Origin: an uncultured Psychrobacter sp.
GTDB lineage: Bacteria > Pseudomonadota > Gammaproteobacteria > Pseudomonadales > Moraxellaceae
Reading direction: 5' to 3'
Assembly: GCA_913061175.1 (NCBI GenBank)
Contig: CAJXUF010000001.1
Span: 1 to 56,370 of the forward strand
DNA length: 56,370 bases
A program made the position numbers and the translations under genes. Under the pieces are notes generated by a model. That model worked only from the letters and a program-made list of their open reading frames with translations. It searched no databases and was not told the DNA's origin. Position 1 is the first letter of the stretch; every line of letters begins with the position of its first letter. Shown here piece after piece: positions 27,776-36,514 of this stretch.

Positions 27776-29116
27776 ATGAGTAAAGACAGTTTATTTAAAA
27801 AAGCCTTACAAGTTGCTATCGGTGATAACGCCTTCGTCAACTTCGTAGCAGGGCTTGGTACAGCGCGTGATAAAGCGACTATGGCTGAATTTATGCCAAC
27901 TAGCCGCATGGACGTAAGAGCACTTGAAAACGTCTATGACGGTGATTGGGTGGCACAGCGCATCATTGATAAACCTGCGTATGATTGTTTTCGAGCTGGG
28001 TATTACTTGGCTGGTGTTGATTCAGATCAAGACAAAGCCATTAAAAACTTATCTAAACGTATCGGATTTGATGATCTGCTGATTGAGTCGGTGGCATATG
28101 GTCGTTTACATGGTTGGTGTTATATCTTAATCGGTGAGTATGGCGATACAGATTTAACCGAGCCATTAGATTATGACAATGTTGACCTATCGTTTTTTAG
28201 TCTGCTAAAGCGCGATGAGTGCAAGCCAAAGCGTGACACTACTTTCATATCTGCTGACAAAGCACAAGGTAAATGGAATCAGCCTGAGTATTATCAAATT
28301 GGCAAGGATTGGGAAGGCAAATACATTCATCATAGCCGCTTAGTGCGTATTGATGCGTCAGGCTTAATTAAAGATAAGGACGGGTTGCCAAAGCCGACAC
28401 TGCAAAAGATATACGAGTCTATCAAGCAACATGCGTCAGTGAACGCAAATGCTGCAAGCCTAGTCTATGAGGCAAAGGTTGATATATTCAAAGTGCCCGG
28501 ACTCATGAAAGCGTTAAGTACAAGCCCTGCTGCTGCTGTTAGTCAAATGGTGCAAAGATTTACAAGCCTAGCCACCATGAAGGGCAACAACGGTATGCTC
28601 GTTATGGATAAAGACGAGGATTACCAAAGCAAGGCTTATTCGTTCGGTGGATTGCCGCAGCTCATGCAACAGTTTCAAGTTGTCACGGCTGGGGCGGCTA
28701 ACATGCCTTATTCGTTGTTGTTTGGTCAGTCAGTTGGTGGACTAAATAGCAGTGGTGATTTTGAGATGCGGAGTTACTATGACTTTATCAGCTCGATTCA
28801 GGAAAACGAAATCAGGCAGCCGCTTGAGATACTACTATCAATTATGGCGAAGTCGCTAGGCTTTGCTGTTGATGATTTAGGGCTTGTATTTAATCCGCTG
28901 TGGCAAATGGACGATGCAGTCAAGGCAACCATTGAGAAATCAAACAGTGAACGTGACAGCAATTATCTAACACTAGGTATCGTGACAGAGGCAATGATTG
29001 CAAGACAGCTCGTTGATGACGGCACTTATACAGTGATTGATGAAGCTCACATTGCACTACTCGATAGCATGGCAGGGGCACTAGATGACACTACAGACGA
29101 TAGCGCCCTTACTTAA
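27776..29116 (+). CDS. portal protein (DUF1073 family)
   Basis: IHHSRL, LFGQS.GGLNSSG..E...YYD motifs; after terL. Confidence 0.88.
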   Translation: MSKDSLFKKALQVAIGDNAFVNFVAGLGTARDKATMAEFMPTSRMDVRALENVYDGDWVAQRIIDKPAYDCFRAGYYLAGVDSDQDKAIKNLSKRIGFDDLLIESVAYGRLHGWCYILIGEYGDTDLTEPLDYDNVDLSFFSLLKRDECKPKRDTTFISADKAQGKWNQPEYYQIGKDWEGKYIHHSRLVRIDASGLIKDKDGLPKPTLQKIYESIKQHASVNANAASLVYEAKVDIFKVPGLMKALSTSPAAAVSQMVQRFTSLATMKGNNGMLVMDKDEDYQSKAYSFGGLPQLMQQFQVVTAGAANMPYSLLFGQSVGGLNSSGDFEMRSYYDFISSIQENEIRQPLEILLSIMAKSLGFAVDDLGLVFNPLWQMDDAVKATIEKSNSERDSNYLTLGIVTEAMIARQLVDDGTYTVIDEAHIALLDSMAGALDDTTDDSALT

Positions 29117-29909
29117 ACAGGGTAGGGCAACTAAGAAAGGTCGCAAGGCTCAAGCTAAGCCAGTCGTGTTTAGCCGAGCCGCTGAGATTGCATACACTAA
29201 AGAATTATTGGCAGTAAGTAAGCTGTGCAAAACCGAGGGGTTAGAGATTGCCAAGTATATGCAGACCACAGGGTTATTTGTTGGCGATGCAGCTATTGGT
29301 GACGCACCTGCTTGGCTCAATCGATTAACGCAAAAGTTTAATGATGTCGCAAGCAAGGTTAGCAAAGTCTCACAGGGTATTGCTAAGAAAGTGACCAATA
29401 AGCAAGCCAAGGCCACGGACAAACAACTTGCCGATCAGATTAAATCAATGTCAGGTATCGACATAACAGGCGTGATGAAAACTGGCACATTAACCGAGGC
29501 GGTCAATACGGCAATCACAGCCAACGTACAGCTTATTGAGTCAATACCGAGCCAGTATCAACAGCGACTTGAAACGATAATCCTAACAGGTCTGCAAGAT
29601 GGTAAGAGTAGCGCGTTCATCGAGGGCGAAATCAAAGCATTAGGGCAATCGACTGATGCTAGGGCCAGACTGATAGCGCGTGACCAGATGGGTAAGCTAA
29701 ATGGGCGTTTTAACGAGCTTAGACAGCAATCGCTAGGGATAACGCATTACTACTGGTCAACGAGCAATGACGAGCGTGTCAGACGCAGACACAAGGGTTA
29801 TGACGGTGATTTGATAGCGTGGAATAGCCCACCGCCTGATGGGCACCCTGGTCAAGCAATACGCTGTCGATGTACGCCTATTCCTGCATTAGATGATTTG
29901 TTGGGGTGA
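29085..29909 (+). CDS. head morphogenesis protein (SPP1 gp7/MuF-like)
   Basis: RARLIARDQ, Y.WST..DERVR..H, PGQAIRCRC. Confidence 0.9.
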   Translation: MTLQTIAPLLKQGRATKKGRKAQAKPVVFSRAAEIAYTKELLAVSKLCKTEGLEIAKYMQTTGLFVGDAAIGDAPAWLNRLTQKFNDVASKVSKVSQGIAKKVTNKQAKATDKQLADQIKSMSGIDITGVMKTGTLTEAVNTAITANVQLIESIPSQYQQRLETIILTGLQDGKSSAFIEGEIKALGQSTDARARLIARDQMGKLNGRFNELRQQSLGITHYYWSTSNDERVRRRHKGYDGDLIAWNSPPPDGHPGQAIRCRCTPIPALDDLLG

Positions 29910-30016
29910 TTATATGAGACTGTTGCTATTACTACTTGCTGATAAATTCTTGCGATACATGGACAATAAAGCCAAGGTGAGCGAGGCTGAAACAGCTAAT
30001 GACAATAAGTCTGACA

Positions 30017-30284
30017 TGCTATAATAACTCTATAAAATAAGGGGTTAATTATGACAGATATAAGCAAAATAAGGGCTGATATTGAAACCAGGGTTAATGA
30101 GCGGCTAGGTGATAATGCCAAAAATAACGAGAAGTCAAGAGACTTGATTAGTGGAGCGGTTATTGAGGTGCTATGTGAGCATGGTTTTTACGATAGACCA
30201 GATAATCAGCCTATTAATATAACGCTAGAAGTCGAAAAATAAAGATTTACTAAATTAACAGCCGCCTAAATGGGCGGTTTTTTT
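30017..30284 (+). other. moron 1: extended -10 promoter, 63-aa ORF (30051-30242), terminator
   Basis: TGCTATAAT at 30017, AAGGGG RBS, terminator AGCCGCC-TAAAT-GGGCGGTTTTTTT at 30260-30284. Confidence 0.7.
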
Positions 30285-30380
30285 GTGGGTGATGATTATG
30301 ACAGTACGAAATCCAGTACCGCCAGGTTCAGAGGATAGCGACGATGGACAGAAAACAATAACCGTATGGATTGAGTAATT

Positions 30381-31613
30381 ATGAAATTCAAACTTAACGT
30401 AAAGGTCGGTGACTTTGCGCCATCTAGCCGAACGATGACACCTAAAGGGTTGCTATGTCGTGATGCTGTGCTCGCAGTAGCTCCACAGGTGCGTGAATAT
30501 CACCCTACAGAGCTAGGACTGCCGGTCGGTGACGGTAAGATGATTCGTATGTTCACACCTGCTGACACGCTGTTCAGCCCTGCTGTTATGGACAACATAA
30601 CCGACTTTGTTGATAACCATCCAGACGGCAATCAAGTGACGCCTGAGAACTGGCGCAAGTTTGCTATTGGTGATGCAAAAAATATCCGCCGTGATGGTAA
30701 TAAATTGATAGGCGACTTACTCGTAAAGGATAAGGCGGCTATTAAGACCATTCAAGACGGCAAGAAAGTAGAGCTGTCACTAGGCTATGAATTGGCGGCT
30801 GAGCTGCAATCAGGCAAGACAGATGACGGACAAGAATATGATGTGGTCGTAACCTCGATGGTTGGCGATCATGTGGCTTTAGTAAAACGTGGGCGCGGTG
30901 GTAGTAGCGTTCGTATCGGTGATGAAATGACGGAGAGAATGATGGAAATTAAACTGGCAAACGGTCAAACGTTTGTTGTTGAGGGCAGTAATTTAGAGCC
31001 GATGCAGCAAGCCATTGACGCACAAACTAACGAGCTGACAGAGGCTAAAAAGCTGGCTGATACCGAGGTTAAAATCGGTGAGCAGACTTTTAAAGCGACT
31101 GACGTTGTGGCGATTCAAGCGGCATTTGACGCAATCGTGCAGCAAAAGACTGATGCTGAAACTAAAGCTAATGAGCTTGAGCAAAACAGCATCAAAGCTG
31201 AGGACGTTGAAAAGCTAGCGGCTGAACGTGCTGAGACAATCGCAGATGCTAAAGAGCTTAAACCTGATCTAGAGCCAAGCGGCAAGTCACTTGATGAAAT
31301 CATCGGTGAAACGGTAACAGCTCATGCAGGTGATGCAGCCGTGGTCGCTATCTTGTCAGGTATCTCAATCGGTGATGCCAAGCCTGAGCAGCTATCTACA
31401 GCGTTCAAGGTGCTAAAGGCTATTAAGCCTAACAATCTAAGCGCCGCTGAAAATCAACAAATCAGAAATGCTGGCAGAATGACAGGTCTTTATACAGGCG
31501 ATAGCGCAGCCGCTAAAGCATTGAATGGCCTAAACAATCAAAACCTAATTGCCGATGCTAAGGCTATGGCAGCAAGTGCCAAGTCTAACGCTTGGAAAAA
31601 TGATTCTAAATAG
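30381..31613 (+). CDS. prohead protease/scaffold (DUF2213)
   Basis: DNHP, ELSLGY, DHVALVKRGRGG; coiled-coil C-terminus. Confidence 0.88.
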   Translation: MKFKLNVKVGDFAPSSRTMTPKGLLCRDAVLAVAPQVREYHPTELGLPVGDGKMIRMFTPADTLFSPAVMDNITDFVDNHPDGNQVTPENWRKFAIGDAKNIRRDGNKLIGDLLVKDKAAIKTIQDGKKVELSLGYELAAELQSGKTDDGQEYDVVVTSMVGDHVALVKRGRGGSSVRIGDEMTERMMEIKLANGQTFVVEGSNLEPMQQAIDAQTNELTEAKKLADTEVKIGEQTFKATDVVAIQAAFDAIVQQKTDAETKANELEQNSIKAEDVEKLAAERAETIADAKELKPDLEPSGKSLDEIIGETVTAHAGDAAVVAILSGISIGDAKPEQLSTAFKVLKAIKPNNLSAAENQQIRNAGRMTGLYTGDSAAAKALNGLNNQNLIADAKAMAASAKSNAWKNDSK

Positions 31614-31624
31614 AGGGTATTAAT

Positions 31625-32074
31625 ATGCAACATGAAACACGTATGGCGATTGCAGGTTTACGCCTTAAATCTACGCCTGAAGATGTACGCTCATTGCCAT
31701 TGACTGAAAACGTCACTGTGATTGATGGCGAAACGGTATCTGTACTCGCTACTGGTGAGACTTGCGGTAAAGCGGCTGCTAATGCAACTGGCTTTGGTGT
31801 GGTTGTATTCCAGCACATCGGTAAATCAGGTCGCACTGCTGACGGTAAAGCTGAGGCATACATTCAGCACGATACATTGCCAGTAATGACGCAAGGTCGT
31901 GTATGGGTTAAGCCTAACGAGACCATCACAGCTCGCGGCCCTGCTGCAAAAGTTTATGTCAACGTAGCGGACGGCACACTAGGTCAAACAGCCGAAGGTA
32001 ACACGGAATTGGTAGGCGCTTATTGGGACGTACCAACAAACTCAGACCAACTAGCCGTAGTGCATTTAGGATAA
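31625..32074 (+). CDS. capsid decoration/cement protein
   Basis: VMTQGRVWV motif; between scaffold and MCP. Confidence 0.75.
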   Translation: MQHETRMAIAGLRLKSTPEDVRSLPLTENVTVIDGETVSVLATGETCGKAAANATGFGVVVFQHIGKSGRTADGKAEAYIQHDTLPVMTQGRVWVKPNETITARGPAAKVYVNVADGTLGQTAEGNTELVGAYWDVPTNSDQLAVVHLG

Positions 32075-32083
32075 GGGGATATT

Positions 32084-33094
32084 ATGAAATATACAAAAGA
32101 GTTACTAGATGCTTTGACGGTAGTAGGCGCAGACCAGCGCAGTCATCAGCTAGAAGGCATTAAAGCCGCTGTCGGTGATGCGTTTAACCAAACGAACTTA
32201 GCAAACGCTATTGCTCGCGCTGAGACTCAATCGTTAATTGATACTCGCGTGACTGCTGCACAGCGTTACACTCGCTTAGTACCAGTTGACACTTCAACGA
32301 CTGCGGTAGTCGGTACTGCTATCGTGAAAGGCTTTACTGATGCTGTCGGTATGGGCCGCACTCATAGCGGTACTGGTGGTGATATTCCACTAGCTGAGGT
32401 CATGTATGGCGACCAGTCGCTTAAAGTGGTTATGGGTTCAATCGCTTATCAATACTCGATTGCTGAAATGCAAGCTGCTAGCCGTGGCAACATTCCGCTA
32501 TCAAGCGATAAGGCTGCTGCTGCGCGTTTAGGCTATGAGCGCCACATGTATAAGGTGGCAATGGTCGGTGAACCTGAGAAGGGTTTACAGGGCTTGCTTA
32601 ACCATGACATCCCCGAAGTGGTTGCCGCTACTGCTGATTGGGATACTGCAAGCGCACAGAGCATCATCACTGACTTAGCTAACGCTATCGGTGTGGCATT
32701 TGATGAAAGTGAAATGACAGGCGATACAAGCGGTCTGCCTAACACTATCTTGCTGCCATCTGCTAAGTTCCGTTTACTAAGCACTCGCACTGTGAATGAA
32801 AATTCAGAGACGAGTATTTTGTCTTACATTCGCGCTAACAACTTGCTAACGGTAAACGGTGTTGATGTCACTATCGAGTCATTGCCTGAGCTTAATACCG
32901 CAGGTGAAGGTTCTACGCCACGCGCTGTTATCTACAATCGTGATCCATCAGCACTTGAGCTTATCTTGCCGCAAGATTTGGAGTTTGTCGCACCGCAAGC
33001 TAAAGATTTGGATATTTATGTGCCAGGTCATTACTTGTACGCAGGTCTTTGGATTAAATCAGCCAAAGCGGTCATCTACTTAGACGGACTATAA
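32084..33094 (+). CDS. major capsid protein (DUF2184)
   Basis: YSIAEMQAA, G..EKGLQGLLN, PNTILLP; size and position. Confidence 0.88.
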   Translation: MKYTKELLDALTVVGADQRSHQLEGIKAAVGDAFNQTNLANAIARAETQSLIDTRVTAAQRYTRLVPVDTSTTAVVGTAIVKGFTDAVGMGRTHSGTGGDIPLAEVMYGDQSLKVVMGSIAYQYSIAEMQAASRGNIPLSSDKAAAARLGYERHMYKVAMVGEPEKGLQGLLNHDIPEVVAATADWDTASAQSIITDLANAIGVAFDESEMTGDTSGLPNTILLPSAKFRLLSTRTVNENSETSILSYIRANNLLTVNGVDVTIESLPELNTAGEGSTPRAVIYNRDPSALELILPQDLEFVAPQAKDLDIYVPGHYLYAGLWIKSAKAVIYLDGL

Positions 33095-33104
33095 GGGGTA
33101 AAGC

Positions 33105-33434
33105 ATGTTTATCACGTATCAAGGTACGCAAACGGCTCTTACTCTCGATGTGCAGGGCAAAGCGATTCGCCTTGCACCTAGTCAGCCAGTCAAGGTTACA
33201 GCCGACCAATTAGCAATCTTACAAAAGCGTCCATTGACGAAGATTATGATTGATAAAGGCGTGATTAAGGTTGATATGCCAAAAGAGGACAACAAGTCCA
33301 AAACTAAGGCTGTCAGTGACATGACGGTCAAAGAGCTTGAGGCATACATCAAGGCTAATGGCGGTGAGTTTGACAGCGATGACAACAAGCCTGAGTTGCT
33401 AGTTATTGCGCAAGGTATTGAAAGTAAGCAGTAA
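33105..33434 (+). CDS. HeH/LEM-domain phage protein
   Basis: MTVKELEAYIKANGGEF....NKPELL. Confidence 0.7.
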   Translation: MFITYQGTQTALTLDVQGKAIRLAPSQPVKVTADQLAILQKRPLTKIMIDKGVIKVDMPKEDNKSKTKAVSDMTVKELEAYIKANGGEFDSDDNKPELLVIAQGIESKQ

Positions 33435-33509
33435 AAAGTTAGATTTATAGCTACATGCGCTATCAAAAGGTGGCGTATGTGCCGATAGATTTAATGATAT
33501 AATGAATGG

Positions 33510-33558
33510 GTCGGATAGGTTCGCTACCGAAAGCAAGTGACGCTAACTTGTTTCCGAC
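33510..33558 (+). ncRNA. structured 5' leader (three-way junction) of moron 2
   Basis: GTCGGA/TCCGAC closing stem, GGT-TCGCT-ACC and AGCAAGT-GACGCTA-ACTTGTT hairpins; starts 7 nt after TGATATAAT (33495-33503). Confidence 0.55.
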
Positions 33559-33593
33559 AACTAACTAATAGCGATTACAAAGCGAGTAATATT

Positions 33594-33824
33594 ATGAGCC
33601 AAGAGATAAGTTTTGATTTTCCTAAAATGCACACAATAATGATTGTTAATCCACTGGCAAGCGCTGCCGAGATTGAGAAACACAGTAAGCAGTATGGCGC
33701 AGGAGGAAAACCAATTAGATTACCTATTTGGCGAACGCCTGATATGCCAATTGGTGAGTGTTCTATTCGATGTGCTATTCAAGATGACATAGCAAACGAG
33801 TATTCGGGTCTTTACGAAGATTGA
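33594..33824 (+). CDS. moron 2: 76-aa hypothetical protein (ATG 33594)
   Basis: own extended -10 promoter and terminator at 33852-33879. Confidence 0.6.
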   Translation: MSQEISFDFPKMHTIMIVNPLASAAEIEKHSKQYGAGGKPIRLPIWRTPDMPIGECSIRCAIQDDIANEYSGLYED

Positions 33825-33903
33825 GCCACCAAGAAATATACACTAACAAACAAAACCTCACCTAATCGTGGGGTTTTTTATTACCAAAAATAAAGGACTG
33901 GCT

Positions 33904-34260
33904 ATGACAACCGAAGAATTTTTACTGATTTACCCAAACTTTAGCCAGTCAGCCACTACCGAGCAAGTGACGGCAAAGCTAAAGTTTGCAAATTTACTTA
34001 TTGATAAGATTGGCTACTTTGATGATATGCGTAATGACGCAATAGGATTGCTCACAGCGCACCTACTGACCATTGACAACATGACAGGTGGCACAGGTAG
34101 CGCAATACAATCTAAAACGTCTAAGAAGGTCGGTGATGTGCAATTTACCTATTCATCATCAACACAAGATAGAGAATGGTACAACTTGACCAACTACGGT
34201 CAGCAATTACTCATGCTGATTGACTTGCTACCAAACTACAGCGGGGCATTTGTCGTATGA
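33904..34260 (+). CDS. head-tail adaptor (DUF4054)
   Basis: F...YP.F, LLTAHLL, SKKVGDV..TY, WYNLT.YGQQ. Confidence 0.85.
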   Translation: MTTEEFLLIYPNFSQSATTEQVTAKLKFANLLIDKIGYFDDMRNDAIGLLTAHLLTIDNMTGGTGSAIQSKTSKKVGDVQFTYSSSTQDREWYNLTNYGQQLLMLIDLLPNYSGAFVV

Positions 34261-34718
34261 CCGCAATTATCAGACGTAGAGATGCAGGTGCATTGAATCG
34301 GATTATTGATAACGTGCGCTCGATGGGCTTAAACAAGGTTGAGGTGGGATTGCCTAGCGGTGGTCGTCATAGCGGTACTGACTTGAGTATGCACGAATTA
34401 GGCATGGTTCACGAGTACGGTAGCCCTACTCGCAATATACCTGCACGTCCTTTTATCGGGCCGCCTATTGCTGACAACGTGGACAAGTACAAAAAGATAA
34501 TGCGTAAACAGGCAGCACGATTGCTATTTAGACGTACAAGCCTACACAATGCGCTATCACTGGTCGGTGAGGCAGGGAAGGCAGACATACAGAAATATAT
34601 GCTTAGTGCCAATTTTAAGCCACTGGCAGCGTCCACGATTGAAGCTAAAGGTTCGAGTAAGCCATTGATTGATAGCGGTCAGATGCGTAACGCCATTACA
34701 TACGAGATAACACGATGA
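34257..34718 (+). CDS. neck/tail completion protein
   Basis: VHEYG..NIPARPF, KGSSKPLIDSGQMRNAITY. Confidence 0.85.
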   Translation: MTAIIRRRDAGALNRIIDNVRSMGLNKVEVGLPSGGRHSGTDLSMHELGMVHEYGSPTRNIPARPFIGPPIADNVDKYKKIMRKQAARLLFRRTSLHNALSLVGEAGKADIQKYMLSANFKPLAASTIEAKGSSKPLIDSGQMRNAITYEITR

Positions 34719-35077
34719 ATGACATGAGCGAGTTATTACATGACCCTGATTTTGTCACTGACTTCACGGTGTTCATTGCAGGTGGTCATTATGAGCGTGG
34801 CGGCGTTTGGGTTGAAACCTTAACCGAGGAAGATGGGCGCGGTGTGATCCAACCTGCTGCACCTAAAGACACGCAATACCTAGTTGATGGTGACAAGTCG
34901 CGGCAAGTTATCAAAATATGGTCAGGCGAGTATCTATCAACGAGTGATGAGCGCGTACCAAAGCTAGGCGATAAAATCACATGGCATGGTGATGAGCATC
35001 GGATTGTCCACGTTAAAGACTGGTCACAATATGGCTATTGGCAAGCACTCGCAGTACAGGTGGTGACAGATGGATAA
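34715..35077 (+). CDS. head closure/head-tail joining protein
   Basis: DPDF, IQPA, D.I.WHG..., DWSQYGYW; synteny. Confidence 0.75.
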   Translation: MNDMSELLHDPDFVTDFTVFIAGGHYERGGVWVETLTEEDGRGVIQPAAPKDTQYLVDGDKSRQVIKIWSGEYLSTSDERVPKLGDKITWHGDEHRIVHVKDWSQYGYWQALAVQVVTDG

Positions 35078-35555
35078 CAACACGCAAATAGAGCTTAGAG
35101 TGTTAATACAGCGGCTCTTAGGTATGCCTGAGAATAGCGTTAGACCTGCTGATACATCACAGCCGACTACTGGCAGCAATTACGCCATTGTCCAACAAAC
35201 GGACATGGTGGGGCAAGGCTGGGCAGGTGGCTATAAACACGCAAGGCAATCGTCTATTGTCACACTGACCATTGATTTTATGGGTGACAATGCAGCGCAC
35301 TATGCCAACCAGTTAAAGATAGCCATGCAAACGCCATACGCGCTAGATATGCTATTTGATTTAGACGTTGGCTATCTTAGCTGCTCAGACCCTCGTAACC
35401 TCACAGCATTGGAATTAGAGCGCACAAAACGCTTTCAAGTAAGGCTGCAACTGTCTTATCTAACGAGCTATGCAATGCCTGATACTGTGCCTGATGAATA
35501 TCATGATGAAACTAATATTGAAACCGTACCGATTGGTATGATTGTCGAGCCATAA
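35070..35555 (+). CDS. neck/tail terminator protein
   Basis: synteny before sheath; RNLTAL motif. Confidence 0.65.
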   Translation: MDNNTQIELRVLIQRLLGMPENSVRPADTSQPTTGSNYAIVQQTDMVGQGWAGGYKHARQSSIVTLTIDFMGDNAAHYANQLKIAMQTPYALDMLFDLDVGYLSCSDPRNLTALELERTKRFQVRLQLSYLTSYAMPDTVPDEYHDETNIETVPIGMIVEP

Positions 35556-35600
35556 CGCCTTGTTTTTGCTATAATAAACTTACTAAATAAGGAGTTTGTT

Positions 35601-36143
35601 ATGGATAAATTGCTTTTTAAATTACGCGCATTTTTCACTACTACTGTTAGAGTTGAAAACGTACTGGATAAAGCTGAGGCGTTTAGGATGCACCGAACCA
35701 GCTTTTTTAAAGTCGTTCGGTTTACAGTAGAAGGTGAGTTATTTTGTTTTTACCCCGTCAAGGAGTTTATAGGCGTTACGGCTGTTTATTTATTTGATGA
35801 GAAAAACCACAAGCTAAACCTTTACAACCCAAAGGGTGAGCTAGTAGATAGTGTTCATTTTGAGTTTATCCGAAAGGATAATAAGAACAATCATAAGGGT
35901 GTGGATTACTACATAACCCCTAGTAACATCCCTATGGACTGTGAGTATAAGGACTTTTTGTCTATCACTCATGTAAAAGCTGGTGACAATCAGGACTGGT
36001 ATCGCAATGGTACAAAACTAAATCCTGAATACTGGAACGGCGTACAAGATGCGCGCGAATTAGAGGATTATTACAGAGCGCATAACCCTAGGAGTTCGAT
36101 GAGCCATATTGACAGATGGCTAACGCTCAATAAACACAGATAA
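35601..36143 (+). CDS. moron 3 gene A: 180-aa hypothetical protein
   Basis: TGCTATAAT at 35567, AAGGAG RBS; interrupts neck-sheath synteny. Confidence 0.7.
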   Translation: MDKLLFKLRAFFTTTVRVENVLDKAEAFRMHRTSFFKVVRFTVEGELFCFYPVKEFIGVTAVYLFDEKNHKLNLYNPKGELVDSVHFEFIRKDNKNNHKGVDYYITPSNIPMDCEYKDFLSITHVKAGDNQDWYRNGTKLNPEYWNGVQDARELEDYYRAHNPRSSMSHIDRWLTLNKHR

Positions 36144-36179
36144 CCTCTCGAATTCGAGACCTTTAGACAAGGCGGTGAC

Positions 36180-36386
36180 ATGAGTTATACATTCGACATT
36201 CCAATAGACACGGTGTTCTTTTTATTCTTTGCAGGTGGTTTTATCGTAGGTTTTGCTACCCTCTATATGATTATGGATTACGCAAGAATGAGAGCGGAAC
36301 ACGCAGAAAAATACAACTGTATGGGCGTAAGACGACCAACGCAAGGTAGAAAAGCTCCACCTTTGCCATTGCATCCGAAAAAGTAA
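36180..36386 (+). CDS. moron 3 gene B: single-TM small protein
   Basis: hydrophobic stretch then basic Pro-rich tail; terminator at 36451-36484. Confidence 0.6.
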   Translation: MSYTFDIPIDTVFFLFFAGGFIVGFATLYMIMDYARMRAEHAEKYNCMGVRRPTQGRKAPPLPLHPKK

Positions 36387-36514
36387 ATACGGCGAACTCG
36401 CCATAAATAGCGTTCCTCAGATATGAGTAACGGAACAAAATCAACGATTTAACCCGATATCGGATATCCGGCATCGGGTTTTTTATTACCTATTTTTAAC
36501 GATGGAGAACACCT

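Noticed and set aside
27776-29116. Anti-CBASS Acb1 annotation sometimes given to DUF1073 proteins
   Set aside because: Size, motifs and position indicate portal; no paired HxT phosphoesterase motifs seen
29085-29909. MuF polymorphic toxin
   Set aside because: Short MuF form ending just after CRC, with no C-terminal toxin domain
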